From Cellvibrionaceae bacterium (GTDB lineage: Bacteria; Pseudomonadota; Gammaproteobacteria; Pseudomonadales; Cellvibrionaceae), in NCBI GenBank assembly GCA_050633365.1, contig JBOEGJ010000003.1, positions 1,172 to 65,171 of the forward strand: DNA of 64,000 nucleotides. Reading direction: 5' to 3'. The position numbers were made by a program, and so were the translations under genes. Shown here piece after piece: positions 29,354 to 37,690 of this stretch; positions within the stretch are counted from its first letter, which is position 1; every line of letters begins with the position of its first letter. The notes under the pieces are model-generated. The model was not told the origin of the DNA and did not search any database. It saw only the letters and a program-made list of their open reading frames with translations.

Positions 29354-29818
29354 ATGAGCAAAGTAATTGAGGGTGATTTCACAAATTGTAACGGTAAATA
29401 CGCGTTGATCGTCAGCCGTTGGAACAGCTTTGTGGTTGAGAGTTTGAAAGAAGGGGCGCTCGATAGCTTGCGTCGCCACGGCATCAGCGAAGATCAAATC
29501 ACCATTTACTATGCACCGGGAGCCTTTGAGTTTCCGTTGTTAGCACAGCGTTTGGCCAACAAAGGCGAGTTCGATGCAATCATTGCGTTGGGCGCAGTCA
29601 TTCGTGGCGGCACGCCGCATTTCGAATATGTTGCTGGCGAGTGCACCAAAGGTTTGGCTCAGGTTTCTCTGAATTCAGATACCGTTGTGACCTTTGGCGT
29701 GTTGACTGTAGATTCCATTGAGCAGGCTATCGAGCGCTCTGGCACCAAAGCGGGTAATAAAGGCGAAGAAGCCGCGGTAACCGCATTGGAAATGGTCTCT
29801 CTGCTAAATAAAGTTTGA
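29354..29818 (+). CDS. ribH: 6,7-dimethyl-8-ribityllumazine synthase
   Basis: [28 protein letters not shown]. Confidence 0.97.
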   Translation: MSKVIEGDFTNCNGKYALIVSRWNSFVVESLKEGALDSLRRHGISEDQITIYYAPGAFEFPLLAQRLANKGEFDAIIALGAVIRGGTPHFEYVAGECTKGLAQVSLNSDTVVTFGVLTVDSIEQAIERSGTKAGNKGEEAAVTALEMVSLLNKV

Positions 29819-29877
29819 GTGGTTGCTGGCCTTGCGCCAGCTCAACCCATGTTTGATTGAAAGTGGATACTACCAGA

Positions 29878-30327
29878 ATGACAGTTTCTCCTGCGGCACG
29901 CCGCAAAGCACGACACTACGCCATGCAGTCGCTGTATCAATGGCAAATGACTTCAGCAGCGATCAATGTGATCGAAGCAGAATTTCATACCGACAATGAT
30001 ATGAGTAAGGCTGACACGGCTTATTATCGTGAGTTGATTCACTCGGTGCCTAAACGCCTTGATGAAATCGATGAGGCTTATGCGACATTTTTGCAAGAGC
30101 GCGAGCAAAATGAACTCGATCCCATTACTCAGGCTCTATTGCGAATTTCCACTTATGAGTTGATGGCTCGTATCGATGTGCCTTACAAAGTCGTCATCAA
30201 TGAATCTGTTTCTCTGGCGAAGAAATTTGGGGCCACTGATAGTCACAAATTTATCAATGGAGTACTCGATAAGGTCGCGGCTCAGCATCGCGCCGTAGAA
30301 GTAAAGGCGACTCGTAAAAAGAGCTAG
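29878..30327 (+). CDS. nusB: Transcription antitermination factor NusB
   Basis: RRKARHYAMQSLYQW, PYKVVINE, FINGVLD. Confidence 0.96.
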   Translation: MTVSPAARRKARHYAMQSLYQWQMTSAAINVIEAEFHTDNDMSKADTAYYRELIHSVPKRLDEIDEAYATFLQEREQNELDPITQALLRISTYELMARIDVPYKVVINESVSLAKKFGATDSHKFINGVLDKVAAQHRAVEVKATRKKS

Positions 30328-30400
30328 TGGCAGCTGCAAACGCAACAGCGAATCGCTAAGGGAATTGGCGCTTCACGGTGAAAGTGAATCAAGGAATTTT

Positions 30401-31372
30401 ATGGCCGTAGGTGAATTTGAACTAATTGAACGGTATTTTCGTCAGGAAGCCGGCGCACTGGGTGTTGCCATGGGCATTGGCGATGACTGCGCGTTACTGA
30501 ATGTTCCCGATGGACAACAACTTGCGGTGTCTATGGACACCTTAGTTGGCGGTATTCACTTTCCAAAAAATGCAGATCCAGAGTTGATTGCAGAGCGAGC
30601 TCTGCGAGTTAACTTAAGTGATCTGGCTGCAATGGGCGCCGAGCCCATGTGGTTTACTTTGGGATTGACCTTACCCAAAGCCAATGCGCAATGGGTGAAA
30701 GGCTTCTCTCAAGGATTATTTCGAGTTGCCAACGAATACAATATCGCCCTGGTGGGCGGTGATACTACCCGTGGCAATCTGAGTATTACTATTCAGGTGC
30801 ACGGCACGGTCGATCCAGGACGTGCGTTGATGCGCGGCAATGCGTCGGTCGGCGATGAGATTTTTGTCACCGGGCCGGTGGGCAATGGTGCGGCGGCGTT
30901 GGCGGTCATTAAACAAGAGTTGGAGGTGGGTAAATCGGCCTTTAACTATTTTATGGATCATTATTATCGTCCCGAACCCCAGCTCAAAGAAGGGCAAGTG
31001 CTGCGAGGTATAGCCGAAGCGGGAATCGATATTTCCGATGGTTTAGTGGCCGATCTGGGTCATATTTGCGAACAAAGTGTGGTGGGTGCATCCATTCATT
31101 TGGAGAGAATTCCTCTGTCGGAACCTGTGTCAAAATTGGTTCCTTTTGAAAAGGGGATTCAGTGGGCTTTGAGCGGCGGCGATGACTATCAGTTGTGTTT
31201 CACTGTGCCGCCAGCCCGTATGGCGCAGCTTGAAACCTTGGTTGATCAAAAGCGTATCGAAGTTCACCACATTGGTGAAATTACCAGAGGCAAAGGCGTG
31301 ACTTGTCTCTACAACGGCGAAGAAGTTTTGTTAAACAAAGAAGGGTATCAGCATTTTGACGGCAACGAATAA
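30401..31372 (+). CDS. thiL: Thiamine-monophosphate kinase
   Basis: GEFELI, GIGDDCA, VNLSDLAAMGA, GGDTT, DISDG, GGDDYQL. Confidence 0.96.
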   Translation: MAVGEFELIERYFRQEAGALGVAMGIGDDCALLNVPDGQQLAVSMDTLVGGIHFPKNADPELIAERALRVNLSDLAAMGAEPMWFTLGLTLPKANAQWVKGFSQGLFRVANEYNIALVGGDTTRGNLSITIQVHGTVDPGRALMRGNASVGDEIFVTGPVGNGAAALAVIKQELEVGKSAFNYFMDHYYRPEPQLKEGQVLRGIAEAGIDISDGLVADLGHICEQSVVGASIHLERIPLSEPVSKLVPFEKGIQWALSGGDDYQLCFTVPPARMAQLETLVDQKRIEVHHIGEITRGKGVTCLYNGEEVLLNKEGYQHFDGNE

Positions 31373-31847
31373 TCCTTCTTGGTCGAGTTTATTGGCCAAT
31401 CCCGTTCACGCCTTAGCGTTTGGTTTTGGTTCGGGTTTATCGCCCAAGGCGCCTGGAACCGTGGGTACTTTAGCGGCAATCCCTTTGTATCTGTTGATGT
31501 CATCGCTGCCTCCTCTCGCCTATGTGATTATGTTGGTGGTGACCTTCGCGGTTGGTGTTTATCTATGCGATAAAACCTCTAGAGATCTAGGGGTTCATGA
31601 TCACCCAGGTATCGTTTGGGATGAATTTGTAGGCTATTGGATCACCATGTTTGCCGCCCCGGCTGGATGGCTTTGGGTGTTGGTTGGTTTTCTTTGGTTT
31701 CGCTTGTTTGATGTGCTCAAGCCCTGGCCGATCAACTGGCTTGATGAAAAAGTTGACGGCGGTTTTGGCATCATGATTGATGATGTGCTCGCCGGTGTGA
31801 TGGCGCTGGTCTGTGTGCAGTTGAGTTATTACTTGGTGTCGCTATGA
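31356..31847 (+). CDS. pgpA: Phosphatidylglycerophosphatase A
   Basis: GFGSGLSPKAPGT, HDHPGIVWDEFVG, FRLFDVLKPWPI, DDVLAG. Confidence 0.96.
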   Translation: MTATNNPSWSSLLANPVHALAFGFGSGLSPKAPGTVGTLAAIPLYLLMSSLPPLAYVIMLVVTFAVGVYLCDKTSRDLGVHDHPGIVWDEFVGYWITMFAAPAGWLWVLVGFLWFRLFDVLKPWPINWLDEKVDGGFGIMIDDVLAGVMALVCVQLSYYLVSL

Positions 31848-32482
31848 GAAAACTAGGCTATGGATTGGCCGTTGTTTTTGTTTTGTTGGCCAATGTTGTT
31901 GCGGCAAAAAATGTTGAGGTAAAGGGCTTGTTTTCCGGCAGTGCTCTGTTGTTAATTGATGGTAAACAAAAGCTATTGAAACAGGGTAAGAGTTTCGCTG
32001 GCGTTACTTTGCTGTCCGCCGACAGCAAAAAGGCGGTTCTCGAAATTGATGGCAAAAAACACACCTTGGGTATGTCGCGACGAATTTCGTCGAGCTATCA
32101 AAAAGCCGAAACTGCAGAGGTACGTTTACAACCGACCTATGGCGGCCACTACGTGACACCGGCAAGAATTAATAATCTGCCGGTCTCGGTAATGGTGGAT
32201 ACCGGTGCAACTACCGTGGCGATGAGCCTGCCTCAAGCGAAGGCGCTGGGTATCGATTATCGCAACGGTCGCTTGACGCCCATTAGCACGGCGGCGGGTT
32301 ATAGTGAAGGGTATTTGGTTTATTTACGAAGCGTTACTGTGGGTACAGTAACGGTGCAGAATGTAGAAGCGCTGGTGAGTGTTGGCGACTTTCCCGAGAC
32401 TATCTTATTGGGAAACAGTTATCTCAGCCGCGTCAAAATGTTTCGCGAAAATGGTGTGCTGGTTTTACAGAGTCAGTACTAA
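31844..32482 (+). CDS. Exported retropepsin-like (clan AA) aspartic protease
   Basis: VMVDTGAT catalytic motif, LLGNSYL; signal peptide. Confidence 0.9.
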   Translation: MRKLGYGLAVVFVLLANVVAAKNVEVKGLFSGSALLLIDGKQKLLKQGKSFAGVTLLSADSKKAVLEIDGKKHTLGMSRRISSSYQKAETAEVRLQPTYGGHYVTPARINNLPVSVMVDTGATTVAMSLPQAKALGIDYRNGRLTPISTAAGYSEGYLVYLRSVTVGTVTVQNVEALVSVGDFPETILLGNSYLSRVKMFRENGVLVLQSQY

Positions 32483-32535
32483 TGGCGTTTCCGACAAAAT
32501 AATTTGTTGATGGCGCGACAGTAAGAGGTTGTATT

Positions 32536-33132
32536 GTGGCCGTTCGTTACATTGAATCTTCAAAATTACCGACTTCAATGGGTATTTTTGAAATGCATGG
32601 TTTTGAAGATACTGAAACCAATAAAGAGCACGTCGTACTAAGTATGGGGCAGATCGGCAGTGACGAGCCTGTACTTGCTCGTATTCACTCCGAGTGCCTC
32701 ACTGGTGATGCACTATTTAGTTTACGTTGTGATTGCGGAGCGCAGTTGCAGGCGGCTATGCATCGCATTGCTGTCGAAGGGCGTGGTGTTATTTTCTATT
32801 TGCGTCAAGAAGGGCGTGGTATCGGTTTGCTCAACAAGATCAGAGCTTATAATCTGCAGGATAAGGGCGCTGATACTGTCGAGGCCAATGAGCAACTCGG
32901 TTTTGGCGCCGACATGCGAGATTACTCCATATTGAAGCCCATGCTTGAGCATTTGGATATCGCTGAAATCAGATTGATGACCAATAACCCTCGTAAAGTG
33001 AAGGCGCTGCAAGAGCTCGGTATCAATGTCACCGAGCGCGTTGCTCATGAGAGTGGCCGCAACCCGCACAACATCAAATACCTTGAAACCAAAAAGGGAA
33101 AGCTCGGGCACTTACTTGACGCTGGTGATTAG
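32536..33132 (+). CDS. ribA: GTP cyclohydrolase II
   Basis: [30 protein letters not shown]. Confidence 0.97.
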   Translation: MAVRYIESSKLPTSMGIFEMHGFEDTETNKEHVVLSMGQIGSDEPVLARIHSECLTGDALFSLRCDCGAQLQAAMHRIAVEGRGVIFYLRQEGRGIGLLNKIRAYNLQDKGADTVEANEQLGFGADMRDYSILKPMLEHLDIAEIRLMTNNPRKVKALQELGINVTERVAHESGRNPHNIKYLETKKGKLGHLLDAGD

Positions 33133-33379
33133 TTCAGTATTGCTGGCAGGCATTGGTAAAGGGCCGAAATATCGATGCTCAGCCCAAGGCTAGGTAGAAT
33201 GGATTTGGATTTGAGCCGCAAAGGCTCTCTGTGCTGAGTGCCTTCTCTTTTCTTTGCGTTAAGGTTGAATCTTGCGAGTATTTTAGCGTCAAAATGACGA
33301 AACAAGAGTTGCGCTGCAACACTTGTGGCTCCTGGTTTGTGTCGGAGCGATAAAGGTTACAGCGTTGATCGAGAGAGTT

Positions 33380-34216
33380 TTACCCGAAGGTATGTTCGCT
33401 GGCAGGAAAGACACCTTGCTTCACGTCATCGGCGTATTTTCTCAGCGCACCGGGAATATCATCGGCTTCTACCAAAAAGTTCTTCGAAAACTTTGGCGGT
33501 TGTTCCGTCAGTCCAAGAATGTCATTGATCACCAGTACCTGAGCATCCGTGTCTTTGCCTGCGCCTATACCGATTGTTGGCATAGAGACTGCGTCGGTAA
33601 TACGCTGCGCTAATTCACAGGGTACACACTCCAGTACCAGAAGGTCCGCTCCTGCGGCGTCTAGGGCTTTAGCGTCGGCGAGAATTTGTTCTGCCTGTTC
33701 TTCATTGCGCCCTTGTACACGAAAGCCGCCAAGTTTGTTGACCGATTGCGGTGTGAGCCCCAGATGAGCACAGACGGGAATACCCCGTTCGCCGAGCATC
33801 TGTACGGTCGGTGCCAGCCATTGACCACCTTCGAGTTTTACCATGTGCGCGCCCGCTTGCATGATGCGTGTCGCATTGATCATGGCTTGCTCTGCAGTGG
33901 CGTAAGTCATGAAAGGCATGTCGCCCATAATGAGCGACTTGTCATTGCCTCGCTTAACGGCTTCGACGTGATAAATCATCTGCTCCATGGTGACTGGAAT
34001 AGTGCTGTCGTAACCGAGTACCGTCATGCCGAGGCTGTCGCCCACTAGCAGTACTTCGACGCCGCTCTTTAAGGCCATGGCGGCCATGGGAGCATCGTAA
34101 AGAGCAACAGTGACAAACTTTGTACCCTCCGCTTTCATCTTGCGAAGTGTGAGGGTGGTGATGGCTTTGGTGAGGCCGCTGTTGGCTTGGACGGTTCCGT
34201 ATGGCATAGGTTTCAC
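33380..34216 (-). CDS. panB: 3-methyl-2-oxobutanoate hydroxymethyltransferase
   Basis: LVGDSLG, GDMPF, VKLEG, HLGLTPQS, IGIGAG. Confidence 0.97.
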   Translation of the reverse strand: MKPMPYGTVQANSGLTKAITTLTLRKMKAEGTKFVTVALYDAPMAAMALKSGVEVLLVGDSLGMTVLGYDSTIPVTMEQMIYHVEAVKRGNDKSLIMGDMPFMTYATAEQAMINATRIMQAGAHMVKLEGGQWLAPTVQMLGERGIPVCAHLGLTPQSVNKLGGFRVQGRNEEQAEQILADAKALDAAGADLLVLECVPCELAQRITDAVSMPTIGIGAGKDTDAQVLVINDILGLTEQPPKFSKNFLVEADDIPGALRKYADDVKQGVFPASEHTFG

Positions 34217-34227
34217 ATCTCAGTTAA

Positions 34228-34278
34228 TGACAACGTCGATTACTACAACGTCGATTACAGCGTTGATTACAACGTGGG
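34228..34278 (-). repeat. Four 12-nt tandem units repeating the last codons and stop of the dNK gene
   Basis: Minus strand: CCCACGTTGTAA TCAACGCTGTAA TCGACGTTGTAG TAA TCGACGTTGTCA. Confidence 0.8.
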
Positions 34279-34947
34279 GGTTGGATTGTAATAGTGCCGG
34301 CCGCTTTTGACGGTCAGCATGTATTCCACCAATTGGTGGTAGTGATCTGGATTGTTGGCCAGATCCAATTCGGTGGCATTGACGATCAGCATGGGCGCTC
34401 GATCATAATAATGGAAAAACTGCATGTAAGCATCGTTTAGCGTAGTCAGGTATCCGCTGGCAATATTGCGTTCGGCTTCGACACCGCGATTGCGAATACG
34501 CTCTTCCAGAACATTGTTTGGGGCCTGAAGATAAATGACCAAATCCGGTTCAGGGGCATCAATAGTGAGCTGGTCATAGACCTGCTGATAGATGTTGAGT
34601 TCATCGTCGTCGAGAGTTACCTGGGCGAAGAGTTGATCCTTATCCATTAAAAAGTCGGCGACGCGAGCAGTTTGGAACATATCCTGCTGACGTAAATCTT
34701 GGATTTGCTGCGCTCGTTGAAACAGAAAAAACAGCTGAGTTGGCAGTGCCGCGGCTTTTGGATTGGCGTAAAAACGCTCGAGAAATGGGTTGTCGTCAGC
34801 ACTTTCTTCGAGCAGTTCGTAGCCCAAGGTCTTGGCTAAGTGCTTGGCTAGCGTGGTTTTTCCCACACCGATAGGCCCTTCCACTGCGATAAAGCGTGGC
34901 AGGTCCAAGCCCTGTGTATCGATGGTGATGTTAAAACCGTCACTCAC
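34267..34947 (-). CDS. Deoxynucleoside kinase (dAK/dGK family)
   Basis: IAVEGPIGVGKTT P-loop, NPFLERFY, PDLVIYLQA, RIRNRG. Confidence 0.93.
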   Translation of the reverse strand: MSDGFNITIDTQGLDLPRFIAVEGPIGVGKTTLAKHLAKTLGYELLEESADDNPFLERFYANPKAAALPTQLFFLFQRAQQIQDLRQQDMFQTARVADFLMDKDQLFAQVTLDDDELNIYQQVYDQLTIDAPEPDLVIYLQAPNNVLEERIRNRGVEAERNIASGYLTTLNDAYMQFFHYYDRAPMLIVNATELDLANNPDHYHQLVEYMLTVKSGRHYYNPTPTL

Positions 34948-34960
34948 GGTTTGCTCCTAA

Positions 34961-35452
34961 TCAATCTTGGATGGGATGAAGCCCGTCATTTGAGCAATGT
35001 GCTAATAATGACTCAAGTGCCTCACCCGAGGGAAGTACTAAATCTTTTGCGATATCGGCCAGAGGATAGAGTACAAAATTTCGCTCCGTTAAATAAGCGT
35101 GAGGTACGGTGAGTCGATCAGTTTGGATGGTGTGATCTGCGAATAGCAATAAATCGAGATCCAAGGTGCGCGGTCCCCAATGGATTTTTCGCACTCGCTC
35201 ATGCTCCTGCTCGATTCGTTGCAGTTGATCGAGCAGGGCATGGGCATCGAGATGGGTTTCAATCAGGACTACGCCATTAATGTAATCGGGCTGAACGCCG
35301 GGGCCGACAGCCTTGCTTTGATACCAGCGTGACTGCTGAATAAGTCTAACGCCGTCAATGGCGTCGATCTCTTGTGCCGCGCGCATGACTTGTTCTCGCG
35401 GATTCTCGAGATTACTTCCAAGGCCTATGTAGGCCTGAATCGCCTGAGCCAT
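34961..35452 (-). CDS. folK: 2-amino-4-hydroxy-6-hydroxymethyldihydropteridine diphosphokinase
   Basis: YIGLGSN, QPDYIN, WGPRTLDLDLL, PHAYLTERNFVL. Confidence 0.97.
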   Translation of the reverse strand: MAQAIQAYIGLGSNLENPREQVMRAAQEIDAIDGVRLIQQSRWYQSKAVGPGVQPDYINGVVLIETHLDAHALLDQLQRIEQEHERVRKIHWGPRTLDLDLLLFADHTIQTDRLTVPHAYLTERNFVLYPLADIAKDLVLPSGEALESLLAHCSNDGLHPIQD

Positions 35453-35461
35453 AACCGCTAG

Positions 35462-36826
35462 CTATGAATTTTGAGGCGCGGCGGGTTTGCGTTTGCGCGG
35501 GGAGCGACGGCGTTTGCCTTGTCCTTTACCCTGTCCGAGCTTGGCGACCATGGCCTCACGCCCTTCGCTGTCTTGTTCCTGATAGCGCGTCCACCATTTG
35601 CCGAGGCCATTGAGGTTTTCTCCAGCCTCTTCTCGCATCAAGACAAAGTCGTAAGCGGCGCGAAAGCGTGGGTGCTCAAACAGTCTCTCGGCGCGTTTTC
35701 CTTGGCGGCGAGACAAGCGGTGTTGCAAGTCCCATATTTCACGCATGCTCTGTGTAAAGCGCTTGGGTATTGAGGTGGTTTGCAATTGCTGTGAGACGAT
35801 ATTCTGAGCCGCCTGCTGATGCGCCTGAACCGGTTGCATGCCTTCTTTCTGCAGCTTTTCTTGCTCTGCACAGACCGATGGCCACAGCATGGCTGCGTAA
35901 ATATAGGCTGGCGTGACACGCTGATTGTTCTTTATGCGTTTGTCTGTGTTGATCAGAGCTTGAGTAAACAGTGCCTGAGCGTAGGGAAGGTCATTCTTTA
36001 GGGCGCTGTCCGTTGCCGGCAAGATGTACTGTAAAAGGTCGTATTCGCGAAGCTTGGGTAACACGGCGCTGCCATAGCCGCCCATGAACAGCTTAAGTAC
36101 CTCTTCAAATAGGCGTGCCGCGGGGATATTGCGCAGGAGTGAGCCCAGTTTGTGAATGGGTGCTGCCGTGGCCTTGTCGATGTCGAAGTCCAATTTACCC
36201 GCGAAGCGCACCGCTCGCAGCATGCGCACAGGGTCTTCTTGGTATCGGGTTTCCGCCTTGCCGATAATACGAATTTTGCGATCAACGATGTCTTTAATTC
36301 CGCCGGTGAAATCGTGAACGCTAAATTGATCTAGGGTGTAGTAGAGAGCGTTGACGGTAAAGTCACGGCGGATGGCGTCGGATTGGATGTCGCCATAGAC
36401 GTTATCTCGAAGCAGCATGCCCTCATTGGACTTGGCGCTGTGCTTATTGCCAGCGTTGTCGCTATGGTTGTCGCGGAAGGTGGTTACTTCAATGATCTCT
36501 CGGCCAAAGCGAACGTGAACGATTTTAAAGCGGCGGCCAATAATGCGGGAGTTTCGAAATAGCTGCTTTACCTGCTCAGGAGTGGCATTGGTGGCAATGT
36601 CAAAGTCTTTGGGGCTATCGTCGAGCAGTAAGTCTCGAACGCCTCCACCCACCAAATAGGCCTCATAGCCACCGTCACCTAGGCGCTGCATCACTTTTAC
36701 TGCCGAGTGACTGATCTTGCGCCGAGAGATGTTGTGATCCTCACGCTCGATGATTTGATGTTTGATGGCCTGCGAGTTTTTCGTCAAGGCATTGATGATC
36801 GGTAGGTTAAGCAGCCGCTTCAACAT
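35462..36826 (-). CDS. pcnB: Poly(A) polymerase I
   Basis: LVGGGVRD, PKDFDIAT, IIGRRFKIVHV, RRDFTVNAL, EDPVRMLRA, HPRFRAAYDF. Confidence 0.97.
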   Translation of the reverse strand: MLKRLLNLPIINALTKNSQAIKHQIIEREDHNISRRKISHSAVKVMQRLGDGGYEAYLVGGGVRDLLLDDSPKDFDIATNATPEQVKQLFRNSRIIGRRFKIVHVRFGREIIEVTTFRDNHSDNAGNKHSAKSNEGMLLRDNVYGDIQSDAIRRDFTVNALYYTLDQFSVHDFTGGIKDIVDRKIRIIGKAETRYQEDPVRMLRAVRFAGKLDFDIDKATAAPIHKLGSLLRNIPAARLFEEVLKLFMGGYGSAVLPKLREYDLLQYILPATDSALKNDLPYAQALFTQALINTDKRIKNNQRVTPAYIYAAMLWPSVCAEQEKLQKEGMQPVQAHQQAAQNIVSQQLQTTSIPKRFTQSMREIWDLQHRLSRRQGKRAERLFEHPRFRAAYDFVLMREEAGENLNGLGKWWTRYQEQDSEGREAMVAKLGQGKGQGKRRRSPRKRKPAAPQNS

Positions 36827-36985
36827 GGTCAGAACTACTGAAATGATGGCCTCGGGGGTGCCGGGCGAGTGATAGATGGTCGCTGTTTGCGTGTCTAGCA
36901 GGCAGCGCGATGTAATGGAGGCGCAGTGTACCATGCAGAGGGCAGAATGCCAGTTGTGGGCAGAAGGCGAGAATATGACTGGTCT

Positions 36986-37019
36986 AGAAATGAAAACGGG
37001 AAAGCCTTAGCTTTCCCGT
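36986..37019 (-). terminator. Rho-independent terminator of the CrcZ-like RNA
   Basis: Perfect 10-bp stem ACGGGAAAGC/GCTTTCCCGT (36996-37019) with 4-nt loop, followed on the minus strand by TTTCATTT. Confidence 0.85.
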
Positions 37020-37283
37020 AGAATTTTTTCTTATTGTCCTAGTTTTATTGTGCCGCAAAAGTATTGGCTTCCTTGCTTTGCGGTAATTTGCTCTGTGGCA
37101 AATCCTCTCCAAGTTTTTAGTCAGTTGTAACAGTCAGTTTTAACGCTTTGTTATTATTGTTTTTTGTTGTTATTAGTTTTATCTATCTTTTTATTATTAT
37201 TTGTTGTTTTTATTATTCAGTTTTACTTTTTTATTATTATTTATTGTTGTTATTTTTATAGTTGTAATTTGTTTTTATTATGC
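36988..37283 (-). ncRNA. crcZ: CrcZ-like Hfq/Crc-sequestering sRNA (about 295 nt)
   Basis: Lies between cbrB and pcnB, bounded by a sigma54 promoter and a terminator, has no ORF and is packed with AANAANAA runs; starts GCATAATAAAAACAA. Confidence 0.85.
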
Positions 37284-37293
37284 TGACCTACAA

Positions 37294-37310
37294 AGCATTC
37301 TGCGTGCCAA
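37294..37310 (-). promoter_or_regulatory. sigma54 (RpoN) -24/-12 promoter
   Basis: Minus strand TTGGCACGCAGAATGCT: GG-N10-GC spacing, near-consensus. Confidence 0.88.
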
Positions 37311-37328
37311 CTTTGAAAACTTGTTATT

Positions 37329-37341
37329 AATCAATGGTTTG
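37329..37341 (+). promoter_or_regulatory. IHF binding site
   Basis: AATCAATGGTTTG is an exact match to WATCAANNNNTTR, located between the enhancer and the sigma54 promoter. Confidence 0.7.
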
Positions 37342-37384
37342 GGATTATTTGGTTCACTCCTTATTTGAATTTGTTATTACTACT

Positions 37385-37481
37385 CGTTACCTATTATCTC
37401 GAAAACTGTTACGAACCTATAACCTTGGTAACACTTCCTTACACTGTTTCCGATGGTGGTATCAGATTGTTACGGTGTTAC
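37385..37481. promoter_or_regulatory. Cluster of TGTTAC/GTAACA half-sites (putative CbrB enhancer)
   Basis: CGTTAC 37385, TGTTAC 37407, GTAACA 37428, TGTTAC 37468, TGTTAC 37476. Confidence 0.7.
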
Positions 37482-37690
37482 CGGGTAGGGGGCGCTAGGT
37501 GCGGGTCAGTAGCGGAGAGGCGAGTGTTTAGAGTCGAGGTTAATTGACTCTAAAGAGCACAGGTTTTGAGAGTTGATGTATAGCGGCTTTAAAAGAGGGT
37601 TCGTGTTTGAGGGAGGTGTGGGCTGGGCGGCAGGGCTTGTCTCAGTGCCACTGATTCGTGGCACTCTTACTTGTTTTTGTTCGAAACGGG

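Noticed and set aside
33133-33379. c-di-GMP riboswitch or sRNA between ribA and panB
   Set aside because: Only short hairpins (GAGCC/GGCTC, CGTCA/TGACG); it lies between convergent 3' ends and lacks the full two-stem tetraloop-receptor layout
37141-37283. CRISPR array or simple microsatellite
   Set aside because: No repeat-spacer periodicity; better explained as Hfq-binding motifs of the CrcZ-like RNA
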